A stretch of DNA of 38,056 nt. Origin: an uncultured Clostridia bacterium (GTDB taxonomy: Bacteria; Bacillota; Clostridia; Oscillospirales; Acutalibacteraceae). The notes below the pieces were generated by a model. That model was not told the origin of the DNA. It saw only the letters and a program-made list of their open reading frames with translations, and did not search any database. The first letter of the stretch is position 1. Each line of letters opens with the position of its first letter. Location of the stretch: assembly GCA_945971755.1 (NCBI GenBank), contig CAMFPJ010000001.1, positions 1 to 38,056 of the forward strand, read 5' to 3'. Below, piece by piece: positions 30,595 through 38,056 of this stretch. Both the position numbers and the translations under genes were made by a program.

Positions 30595-31457
30595 TTTTTA
30601 CCTCCGGTGACCATTGTACCTGCGCCCTCGTCGGTAAGCAACTCCATAAGAATTGAGTGCGGCACTCTGCCGTCCATAATAATGACGTTTTTAACACCCT
30701 TGTTTATTGCCTCAACACAGCAGTCAACCTTGGGAATCATACCGCCGGCAATTACTCCCTCTGCCTTGAGTTTTTCCGCTTCTTCCACGGTAAGCTCGGG
30801 AATAAGTGTTGACGGGTCGTCTTTAACCTTCAAAACGCCGTCAATATCAGTCATCATAATAAGTCTTTCTGCTGAGAGAGCCCCCGCAATAAAAGCAGCG
30901 GCAGTATCACCGTTAATATTATAGGTATTGCCTTTTCTGTCACATCCGACAGTTGAAATAACAGGGATATAGCCTTTTTCCAAAAGGTCTTTGACGGGAC
31001 TTATGTGAATTTTAGTGATTTCACCTACATAGCCCAAACGGTTATCTTTCATTTTAGCCTCAATCAGCCTGCCGTCTAACCCCGAAATACCCATTGCATT
31101 GCCGCCGTTCATTTGAATAAGGTTAACAAGCGATTTATTAACCTTACCTGCAAGCACCATTTCAACTATATCAACGGTTTCCTTGTCGGTAATTCTGAGT
31201 CCGTCAACAAACTCTGCCTTTTTGCCGAGTCTGTTCATTAAATCGTTAATTTCGGGTCCTCCGCCGTGAACAAGAACAACCTTAACACCGATGAGCCATA
31301 AAAGAACCAAATCTTCCATAACCTGTTTTTTAAGTTGTTCGTTAATCATTGCATTTCCGCCGTATTTGACTACAACTACCTTGCCCACATAGCGCTTAAT
31401 GTAAGGGAGGGCTTGTGTTAAAACCTCGGCACGCTGTGCATTTGAAAAATTTTCCAT
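30591..31457 (-). CDS. argB: Acetylglutamate kinase
   Basis: 288 aa. The VVVKYGGNAM N-terminal motif, VLVHGGGP and the amino-acid-kinase fold signature are present. Confidence 0.9.
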   Translation of the reverse strand: MENFSNAQRAEVLTQALPYIKRYVGKVVVVKYGGNAMINEQLKKQVMEDLVLLWLIGVKVVLVHGGGPEINDLMNRLGKKAEFVDGLRITDKETVDIVEMVLAGKVNKSLVNLIQMNGGNAMGISGLDGRLIEAKMKDNRLGYVGEITKIHISPVKDLLEKGYIPVISTVGCDRKGNTYNINGDTAAAFIAGALSAERLIMMTDIDGVLKVKDDPSTLIPELTVEEAEKLKAEGVIAGGMIPKVDCCVEAINKGVKNVIIMDGRVPHSILMELLTDEGAGTMVTGGKK

Positions 31458-31475
31458 TATTTTGCCTCCAGAAAA

Positions 31476-32690
31476 TCAGGTGCGATAATCACCGTTTATT
31501 TTAACATAATCGTATGTTAAATCGCAACCCCAAGCGGTAGATTTTTCTTCACCGTCATTGAGCGACACTAAAATTTCAATTTCTTTCTCAAGCAAAATTT
31601 CTTTTGCTTTTTCTTCTGAAAAATCTACGCCTGCACCGTTACGGCAAACCTCAATTTCGCCTTTCGGGCTTCTGAAGCTGACGCCGATTTTTGTAACGTC
31701 AACGGGAGCGCCGCTGTAACCTATTGCACACAGCACCCTGCCCCAGTTTGCGTCTGCACCGAACATAGCGGCTTTAAGAAGACTTGAACAAATAACACTT
31801 TTGGCAACTGTTTTGGCAATTTCCACGGTTTTTGCGCCCGTTACGCTGCATTCAAGCATTTTTGTTGCACCCTCGCCGTCACCTGCAATCATTTTGCAAA
31901 GATGAACGGTTACCGTGTTAAGCGCTTTCATAAATTCATCAAAATCAGCATTTTCTTCCGTAATTTCTTTATTTCCTGCCATACCGTTTGCAAGAACCGT
32001 TACCATATCGTTAGTTGATGTGTCACCGTCAACACTAACCATATTAAATGTGTTTGCAATGTCGCTTGAAAGTGCTTTAGAAAGCATTTCGCTTGAAATT
32101 GCGGCGTCAGTGGTAATGAACACAAGCATTGTTGCCATGTTTGGGTGAATCATACCGCTGCCCTTTGCAATACCGCCGATTTTACAGATTTTTCCGCCAA
32201 CGCTGAACTGAACCGCAACCTCTTTCATCACCGTATCCGTTGTCATAATACCTTCTGCGGCATCAGCACCTCCGTTTGCGGAAAGTGATTTGTGAAGTTC
32301 GGGAATGCCTTTTGCTATGGGCTCAATGTCAAGCACCTGACCGATTACACCCGTTGAAGCAACAACAACATCAGATGCGGAAATTCCGAGTTCTTTGGCG
32401 GTAAGCTCGCTCATCTGCTCAGCAATTTCAATACCGTTTGCGTTGCAAGTGTTAGCGTTGCCGCTGTTGCAGATTACTGCCTGTGCAAAGCCGTCTGCAA
32501 TATGATTCTTGGTAACCGTAAGCGGAGCGCCTTTAACAAGGTTTGTTGTGTAAACTGCCGCAGCAGTTGCTCTTTTCTCACTGAAAATAAGCGCTAAATC
32601 TTTTTTACCCTTATTTTTGCGAATTCCGCAGTGAACTCCGCTTGCCTTAAAACCCTGTGCGGCGCAAACACCGCCTGATATAATCTCCAC
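31476..32690 (-). CDS. argJ: Bifunctional ornithine acetyltransferase / N-acetylglutamate synthase
   Basis: 404 aa. Has GGVCAAQGFKASG at the N-terminus and the autoproteolytic ATMLVFITTDA site. It uses a GTG start (32688-32690) with AGGAGG 8 nt upstream. Confidence 0.9.
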   Translation of the reverse strand: MEIISGGVCAAQGFKASGVHCGIRKNKGKKDLALIFSEKRATAAAVYTTNLVKGAPLTVTKNHIADGFAQAVICNSGNANTCNANGIEIAEQMSELTAKELGISASDVVVASTGVIGQVLDIEPIAKGIPELHKSLSANGGADAAEGIMTTDTVMKEVAVQFSVGGKICKIGGIAKGSGMIHPNMATMLVFITTDAAISSEMLSKALSSDIANTFNMVSVDGDTSTNDMVTVLANGMAGNKEITEENADFDEFMKALNTVTVHLCKMIAGDGEGATKMLECSVTGAKTVEIAKTVAKSVICSSLLKAAMFGADANWGRVLCAIGYSGAPVDVTKIGVSFRSPKGEIEVCRNGAGVDFSEEKAKEILLEKEIEILVSLNDGEEKSTAWGCDLTYDYVKINGDYRT

Positions 32691-32694
32691 TGTT

Positions 32695-33621
32695 TTATCC
32701 TCCTATGTTAAGTCCGGTTGTTTCATCAATACCGAGTACTATGTTCATATTTTGAATTGCCGCCCCCGAAGCACCTTTACCTAAATTGTCAAATCGGGAA
32801 ACAAGCATTATTCTGTCATTATTACCGAAAACGCTGATTTCCATATCATCACGTCCCGAGAATTTTGAGGCTGAAAGAAAACCGTTTTCGTCAGAGCTTT
32901 CGCAATATTTAATAAACTTGCCTGTGTAATACTCTTTGTAGGCATTTTTAATATCCTCAATAGTGCCGTTTATTTGAGATGCGGAAAGTTGAACTATGAC
33001 CTCCATACCCGAATAATAGCTCGACACTATCGGTGTGAAAAGAGGCAAGTTTGCAAGCCCGCAAATTTTGCTCATTTCAGGGAGATGCTTATGATTTTGC
33101 GTAAGCCCGTAAGAACGCGGAGCCAAAAAATCAACCTTATTTTCACCCTCATAGTCGGCAATCATTTTTTTGCCGCCTCCTGAATAGCCCGTTAGAGAAA
33201 AAGCAGAAACAATCAAGTCTTTCGGAATAATTCCCTTTCTTGTTAAAGGCTCGACTAATGATATAAAGCCGCTTGCGTGGCAACCGGGATTTGCCACTCT
33301 CTTTGCATTTTTTATTTTTTCTTTTTGCCCCTCAATTTCGGGTAATCCGTAAACCCAGCCATCTGTTGTTCTGTGAGCGGTTGAAGTGTCAATAATAACC
33401 GTTGTGTCATTTTCAAGCAGTGTTACTGCTTCTCTTGCGGCGTCATCCGGCAAGCACAAAAACGCAATGTCCGCTGAATTCAGCGCTTCTTTACGCGCGG
33501 TTATATCTTTTCTTTTATCGTCAGTGAGAATAATAAGTTCAAGGTCTTTTCTCTCTCCGAGTCTTTCGTAAATTCGAAGTCCCGTTGTGCCGGCACTTCC
33601 GTCAATAAATACCTTTGCCAT
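32695..33621 (-). CDS. argC: N-acetyl-gamma-glutamyl-phosphate reductase (short, type-2 form)
   Basis: 308 aa. The N-terminus is KVFIDGSAGTTGLRI, and the catalytic Cys context is NPGCHASG. Confidence 0.88.
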   Translation of the reverse strand: MAKVFIDGSAGTTGLRIYERLGERKDLELIILTDDKRKDITARKEALNSADIAFLCLPDDAAREAVTLLENDTTVIIDTSTAHRTTDGWVYGLPEIEGQKEKIKNAKRVANPGCHASGFISLVEPLTRKGIIPKDLIVSAFSLTGYSGGGKKMIADYEGENKVDFLAPRSYGLTQNHKHLPEMSKICGLANLPLFTPIVSSYYSGMEVIVQLSASQINGTIEDIKNAYKEYYTGKFIKYCESSDENGFLSASKFSGRDDMEISVFGNNDRIMLVSRFDNLGKGASGAAIQNMNIVLGIDETTGLNIGG

Positions 33622-33633
33622 TTTCCGTCTCTC

Positions 33634-34284
33634 TTATTTTGTCATTTTCTCTTGCTTAACCTTGTGGTCAATAACGTGACGTGACGCAAGCTCTTTGTGA
33701 ATATCTTCAAGAGAAATGCCTGCCTCAATCATAAGTACCATTACGTGATAAGCAAGGTCTGCAATTTCATAGATTGTTTCTGCCTTGTCTTGTTCTTTTG
33801 CCGCAATAATAACTTCGGTACTCTCTTCACCGACCTTTTTAAGAATTTTGTCAAGACCCTTTTCAAAAAGATAGGTTGTGTATGAGCCTTCTTTTTTCTC
33901 TGTTTTTCTTCCCTTAATAAGTTCCATAAGTCCCTCATAAGAGAATTCGTGAAGTTCGTCACTCTCATAAACTTTATCGTTAAAGCAAGAAAATGTGCCT
34001 GTGTGGCAAGCGGGGCCGTCCGGCTCAACCATAACTACAAGTGCGTCCTTGTCGCAATCTGCGGTGATTGAAACAACGTGCTGGTAATTTCCGCTTGTTT
34101 CGCCTTTAAGCCAAAGTTCTTTTCGGGAGCGACTCCAAAAACAGGTTAAACCTTTCTCCATTGTTATTTTAAGACTTTCCCTGTTCATGTAAGCGAGTGT
34201 TAAAACCTTTTTGCTGACACTGTCAACAACTATCGCAGGTATAAGCCCCTTTTCGTCAAATTTAAGTTCATCAATATTTATCAT
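33634..34284 (-). CDS. hisIE: Bifunctional phosphoribosyl-AMP cyclohydrolase / phosphoribosyl-ATP pyrophosphatase
   Basis: 216 aa. The HisI portion carries FWSRSR..LW.KGETSG and C.DKDALV..V...GPACHTG, followed by a HisE MazG-like tail (EE..E...A, AD..YH..VL). Confidence 0.9.
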   Translation of the reverse strand: MINIDELKFDEKGLIPAIVVDSVSKKVLTLAYMNRESLKITMEKGLTCFWSRSRKELWLKGETSGNYQHVVSITADCDKDALVVMVEPDGPACHTGTFSCFNDKVYESDELHEFSYEGLMELIKGRKTEKKEGSYTTYLFEKGLDKILKKVGEESTEVIIAAKEQDKAETIYEIADLAYHVMVLMIEAGISLEDIHKELASRHVIDHKVKQEKMTK

Positions 34285-34287
34285 AAT

Positions 34288-35046
34288 TTATCTCCTAACG
34301 GGAATATTTGCTTTTGCCATTTCTTCTTTAAGCTCTTTAATTTTAACTTCACCGAAATGGAAAATTGAAGCCGCAAGACCTGCGTCAACTTTCGGAAGTG
34401 CATTGAAAAGAGTAATAAAGTCTTCTGTTTTACCTGCACCGCCCGAGGCAATTACCGGCACGGAAACAGCATCGCAAACCGCACCGAGCATTTCAAGGTC
34501 AAATCCCCCTTTAACGCCGTCTGTATCAATTGAATTTACTACAATTTCACCTGCGCCGTTACTTACGCATTTTTTTATCCAGCTTATAGCCTCAATGCCT
34601 GTGTCTTCTCTGCCGCCCTTGGCGAACACTCTGAAGCTTCCGTCAACCCTTTTTACATCAACGGAGAGCACAACACATTGGTCACCGTAAAGCTTAGCCG
34701 CCTCTAAAACAAGGCTCGGGTTTTTAATTGCGCCCGAATTAACGCTTACTTTGTCAGCGCCGCATTTAAGCACTCGGTCAAAGTCCTCTACTGTGTTTAT
34801 TCCGCCGCCGACAGTTAAAGGAATAAACACACGGCTTGCTGTTTCTCTTAAAATATCAGTAAAAAGCTTTCTTCCGTCACTTGAAGCGGTAATGTCGTAA
34901 AACACTAATTCGTCAGCACCGCAAGAGGAATAATACTCCGCAAGTGTAACCGGTGAGGAAACATCCTTTAGCCCCTCAAAATTAACGCCTTTTACTACTC
35001 TGCCGTCACGCACGTCAAGGCAGGGAATGATTCGTTTTGTTATCAT
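34288..35046 (-). CDS. hisF: Imidazole glycerol phosphate synthase cyclase subunit
   Basis: 252 aa. The N-terminus is KRIIPCLDV..GRVVKG, with GADKVS.NS and SGGAG motifs. Confidence 0.92.
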   Translation of the reverse strand: MITKRIIPCLDVRDGRVVKGVNFEGLKDVSSPVTLAEYYSSCGADELVFYDITASSDGRKLFTDILRETASRVFIPLTVGGGINTVEDFDRVLKCGADKVSVNSGAIKNPSLVLEAAKLYGDQCVVLSVDVKRVDGSFRVFAKGGREDTGIEAISWIKKCVSNGAGEIVVNSIDTDGVKGGFDLEMLGAVCDAVSVPVIASGGAGKTEDFITLFNALPKVDAGLAASIFHFGEVKIKELKEEMAKANIPVRR

Positions 35047-35756
35047 TTTGCCACCTCGATTGCTTCTTTAAGATTTATGTCGCCTGTGTAATAGGCCTTA
35101 CCGATTATTGCGCCGTAAGTATTTCGCTGTGCAAGTTTTTTAACATCATCTATTGATGAAACACCGCCCGAAGCAATAATCTGCATACTGAATTTTTCCA
35201 TAAGTTCTTTATACAACTCGTGGTTTGTACCTTTCATGGCACCGTCTTTTGAAATGTCGGTGCAAATAAGAGTTTTAACACCTATATTTTGCATCTGCTC
35301 CGCAAAATGAAAGGCCGTTATTTCGCTTTTTTCCGTCCAGCCCTTAATTGCTACAAAACCGTCTTTAATGTCAATTCCGACTGCAATTTTGTCGCCGTAT
35401 TTTTTCACAGCTTTTTCTGCAAAGCCCTCGCTTTTAACTGCCGCGGTGCCGAGTATTACTCTGTCAAGCCCTGCGGATATGTATTTGTCAACGGTTTCCA
35501 TATCTCGAATTCCGCCGCCTACTTCACAGAAAAGTCCGCCCGCTTTTTTAATAGCCAAAACAGTTTCAAAATTCGGTGTTGTGCCGTTTTTTGCGCCCTC
35601 CAAATCAACAATGTGCATGTGAGTCGCACCCTGTTTTTTGAATTCTTCCGCTATTTCGGGCGGGTTTTCGCTGTAAACCGTCATTTGATTGTAATCGCCT
35701 TTGTAAAGGCGAACTGCTTTACCATTAAAAATATCTATTGCAGGGTAAATTAACAT
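35043..35756 (-). CDS. hisA: ProFAR isomerase
   Basis: 237 aa. Contains IYPAIDI..GK.VRL..GD, VGGGIR and ASGGVSS motifs. Its stop overlaps the hisF start as ATGA. Confidence 0.9.
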   Translation of the reverse strand: MLIYPAIDIFNGKAVRLYKGDYNQMTVYSENPPEIAEEFKKQGATHMHIVDLEGAKNGTTPNFETVLAIKKAGGLFCEVGGGIRDMETVDKYISAGLDRVILGTAAVKSEGFAEKAVKKYGDKIAVGIDIKDGFVAIKGWTEKSEITAFHFAEQMQNIGVKTLICTDISKDGAMKGTNHELYKELMEKFSMQIIASGGVSSIDDVKKLAQRNTYGAIIGKAYYTGDINLKEAIEVAK

Positions 35757-36373
35757 AAATCTCCCTCCAATTCTGAAAACGCTTTAAGTATTTTAAGTCC
35801 TACATCTCCGCTTTTTTCGGGGTGGAACTGACACCCAAATACATTTTTGTTCTGGACCGACGCCGTAAGCTCTGTGCCGTATTCTGCCGTGCTGACTGTA
35901 TAATTCTCGCAGTCCGCTGCATAAAAGGAGTGAACAAAATAAACGAAATCACCGTTATTTATATATTTGTTAATGGGGCTGTCTTTTTTGAAATCAAGTG
36001 CATTCCAGCCAATGTGCGGAATTTTTAAGTCTTTCGGTATTACATCGGAAATCGGCCTGACAGTACCGGGAATAAGACCTAAGCCATTGTGCTCGCCGTA
36101 CTCATAACTCTTATCAAAAAGAAGCTGCATTCCAAGGCAAATACCCATAATCGGCTTGCCTTTCCGGGCCTCATTTATTACTGCTTCGCCGAGCCCCGAC
36201 TGCAACAGTTTTTTTGCGGCATCCTCAAAGGCGCCCACACCGGGTAAAATTATCTTGTCTGCTTTTTCTATTTCAGCCTTATGCCCTGTTACTGTTACTT
36301 CGGCACCGATTGATGAAAATGAACTTTTAAGTGAGAAAAGATTACCTACTCCGTAATCTACTATTGCAATCAT
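35750..36373 (-). CDS. hisH: Imidazole glycerol phosphate synthase glutaminase subunit
   Basis: MIAIVDYGVGNL at the N-terminus, GICLGMQLLF (nucleophile Cys) and QFHPEKS are present. ATG 36371-36373 overlaps the hisB stop as ATGA; the ORF-track start at 36376 is TTG. Confidence 0.92.
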   Translation of the reverse strand: MIAIVDYGVGNLFSLKSSFSSIGAEVTVTGHKAEIEKADKIILPGVGAFEDAAKKLLQSGLGEAVINEARKGKPIMGICLGMQLLFDKSYEYGEHNGLGLIPGTVRPISDVIPKDLKIPHIGWNALDFKKDSPINKYINNGDFVYFVHSFYAADCENYTVSTAEYGTELTASVQNKNVFGCQFHPEKSGDVGLKILKAFSELEGDLC

Positions 36374-36960
36374 CAAAGAACTCCTTTTGTTGACGGAATT
36401 TCATCCTTGTATTCCGGGTTTATTTTTACTGCTTTTGAAATACTGCGTGCAGCGGACTTAAAAGCACCCTCGATAATGTGGTGAGAATTTCCGCCGGCAA
36501 GACTCTTTATGTGAAGTGTGCACTCCGCAGTTCTTACAAAGCCGAGCCAAAACTCTTTAACGAGCTCCGTGTCAAAATCGCCCACCTTTTCGGTTGGAAT
36601 TATAAGGTCATAGCCTAAATAACTTCTTCCCGAGAGGTCAACGGCAGTTAAAATCAAAGCTTCGTCCATAGGAAGAATTACGTCGCCGTATCTTTCAATG
36701 CCTTTTTTGTCACCTAACGCCTCTTTGAAAGCAGAGCCCAAGGCAATTCCGATATCCTCAACCGTGTGGTGGTAGTCAACATTTGTATCTCCCTTACATT
36801 CAACCGACAAATCAAATCTGCCGTGCTTTGCAAACAAAGTCAGCATGTGGTCAAGGAAGCCGCAACCTGAATTAATACTGCTCTCCCCTGTGCCGTCAAG
36901 GTTTAATGCGAGTTTGATTTTTGTTTCAGCTGTGTTTCTTTCTTTAGTTGAGGTTCTCAT
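36373..36960 (-). CDS. hisB: Imidazoleglycerol-phosphate dehydratase
   Basis: 195 aa. Contains R.T.ET.I...L.LDG, GFLDHML, D.HHT.ED and HH..E..FK motifs. Confidence 0.92.
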   Translation of the reverse strand: MRTSTKERNTAETKIKLALNLDGTGESSINSGCGFLDHMLTLFAKHGRFDLSVECKGDTNVDYHHTVEDIGIALGSAFKEALGDKKGIERYGDVILPMDEALILTAVDLSGRSYLGYDLIIPTEKVGDFDTELVKEFWLGFVRTAECTLHIKSLAGGNSHHIIEGAFKSAARSISKAVKINPEYKDEIPSTKGVL

Positions 36961-38021
36961 TTTAACTCCTCCTTAATTTCTTTAACGGCACTGAATAACG
37001 CATCCATTTGCTCTTTTGTGCCGATCGTAATTCTGTTGTACCGTGAAAGTTTTTCCTTATCAAAATGGCGAACGAGAATACCTTTTTCTTTAAGCTTTAA
37101 GTAAAGGGTTTTACCGTCAATCCGGTCTGATTTTGCAAACACAAAATTTGCCTTTGAGTCAGTAACAGTAAATTCTAATTTTTTAAGCTCCGATTTTGTG
37201 TATTCACGAATTTTGATTATTTCTTTACAGTTATTTTCAAAGTATTCGTTATCAAGAAGCGCCCCAACGCCTGCCGCCATTGTCATACGGTTTACGTTAT
37301 AAGGGTTAGTAGAATATTTGACAGTGTTCAGATCACGGATAATATCTTCATTGGCAATTCCGAAGCCAAGACGGGCGCCTGCCATTGAGCGTGATTTTGA
37401 AAAGGTGCCCGTTACAAGCAAATTGTCATATTTATGAATTAAATTGACTGCGCTTTCCGTTCCGAAATCGACATAAGCCTCATCAATAACTACAATGTTG
37501 TCAGGGTTGCTCTTAATTATTTTTTCAATGTCGTCAAGCGAAAGAGCAAGTCCCGTGGGCGCATTTGGATTTGCAATAAACACCGTCTTGTTTACGTTGC
37601 AAAAACTGTTAACATCAACGGTAAAATCGTCATTTAACGGTATTTCCTCATACGGAACAAAATTGAGTTCCGCAAACACGGGGTAAAACCCGTAAGTTAT
37701 GTCAGGAAAAATTGCTCCGTTTTGTGCATCGCAAAATGCCGCAAAAGCAAAATTCAGCACTTCGTCACTGCCGTTTGTAAAAATAATTTCGTCTGTATTT
37801 ATTCCGAAATATTCTGCAGCTGTTTTTACTAAATCTCTGCATTCGGGATCGGAGTAAAGCTCTAAATGCTCAGTTTCTTTTTGTGCATATTCCTGCGCCT
37901 TTTTTGACGGCGGAAAGGGCGACTCATTAGTATTAAGTTTTATGTACTGCATTTCCTTTGGCTGTTCACCGGGGGTGTAAGGTACTAACGATTTATATTT
38001 TCCGCTGAAAAAACGGCTCAT
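36957..38021 (-). CDS. hisC: Histidinol-phosphate aminotransferase
   Basis: 354 aa. Has LNTNESP at the N-terminus and IANPNAPTG, with the PLP-Lys context TFSKSRSMAGARLG. GAGGAGG RBS is upstream of ATG 38019-38021. Confidence 0.9.
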   Translation of the reverse strand: MSRFFSGKYKSLVPYTPGEQPKEMQYIKLNTNESPFPPSKKAQEYAQKETEHLELYSDPECRDLVKTAAEYFGINTDEIIFTNGSDEVLNFAFAAFCDAQNGAIFPDITYGFYPVFAELNFVPYEEIPLNDDFTVDVNSFCNVNKTVFIANPNAPTGLALSLDDIEKIIKSNPDNIVVIDEAYVDFGTESAVNLIHKYDNLLVTGTFSKSRSMAGARLGFGIANEDIIRDLNTVKYSTNPYNVNRMTMAAGVGALLDNEYFENNCKEIIKIREYTKSELKKLEFTVTDSKANFVFAKSDRIDGKTLYLKLKEKGILVRHFDKEKLSRYNRITIGTKEQMDALFSAVKEIKEELK

Positions 38022-38056
38022 TTTTCGTCCTCCTCGGTACGAATTACTGCACTTCT
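38018..38056 (-). CDS. hisD: 3' end of a gene running off the window, probably histidinol dehydrogenase
   Basis: The open frame reads ...RSAVIRTEEDEK* and ends with a TGA (38018-38020) that overlaps the hisC ATG as ATGA. The position upstream of hisC and the ...ARS..IR-like tail fit HisD. Only 12 codons are visible. Confidence 0.4.
   Translation of the reverse strand, partial: RSAVIRTEEDEK

Noticed and set aside
34211-35753. Plus-strand ORFs of 159, 154 and 84 aa inside hisF and hisA
   Set aside because: They are antisense shadows of highly conserved his genes, with no RBS and no recognisable motifs.
1-38056. Search for CRISPR arrays, tRNA/rRNA genes, transposases, integrases, phage or defence genes (nucleases, helicases, toxin-antitoxin pairs)
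   Set aside because: No spaced direct repeats, no tRNA-like T-loop motifs in the few intergenic gaps over 100 nt, and no ORF with recombinase, nuclease or helicase motifs were seen. The window looks like core chromosome rather than an island.

Overview
This is a 38 kb chromosomal segment from an AT-rich Firmicute. Codon usage, GGAGG-type ribosome-binding sites and a dockerin-bearing surface protein point to a Ruminococcaceae-like or cellulosome-type Clostridium; that attribution is inference. About 42 genes are tightly packed, and nearly all are on the minus strand. Read along the plus-strand coordinates, the window contains: (1) a pair of uncharacterised polytopic membrane proteins; (2) a Cof-type HAD hydrolase; (3) an operon joining a secreted LRR protein with two tandem dockerins to the peptidases PepD and PepT; (4) a mannonate/KDG catabolic cluster (histidine-phosphatase gene, uxuA, uxuB, a 64-aa membrane ORF, kdgK, eda) with a divergent XRE regulator; (5) a five-gene operon in which three RNA methyltransferase genes (rlmB, TrmN6-like, rsmI) bracket a 952-aa P-type-ATPase homologue and an abutting MgtC gene; all catalytic motifs of the ATPase homologue are degenerate and it has a roughly 395-aa acidic N-terminal extension; (6) a three-gene module with overlapping stop and start codons, made of a secreted membrane-anchored C39-like Cys/His peptidase-domain protein, a MurT-like Mur ligase, and a GatD-like amidotransferase that lacks the nucleophile cysteine; (7) an alpha/beta hydrolase, an amidohydrolase, TspO, a decayed XRE gene remnant, an ORF-track-invisible 54-aa ORF, an RlmI-like methyltransferase and a MATE exporter; (8) a continuous hisD(partial)-C-B-H-A-F-IE-argC-J-B-D-F array with only 12 nt between the his and arg blocks. 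I saw no rRNA, tRNA, CRISPR array, transposase, integrase or phage genes. The most unusual content is the pseudo-ATPase/MgtC pair and the C39-like/MurT/dead-GatD module. All family calls rest on motif recognition by eye, and no database search was run.
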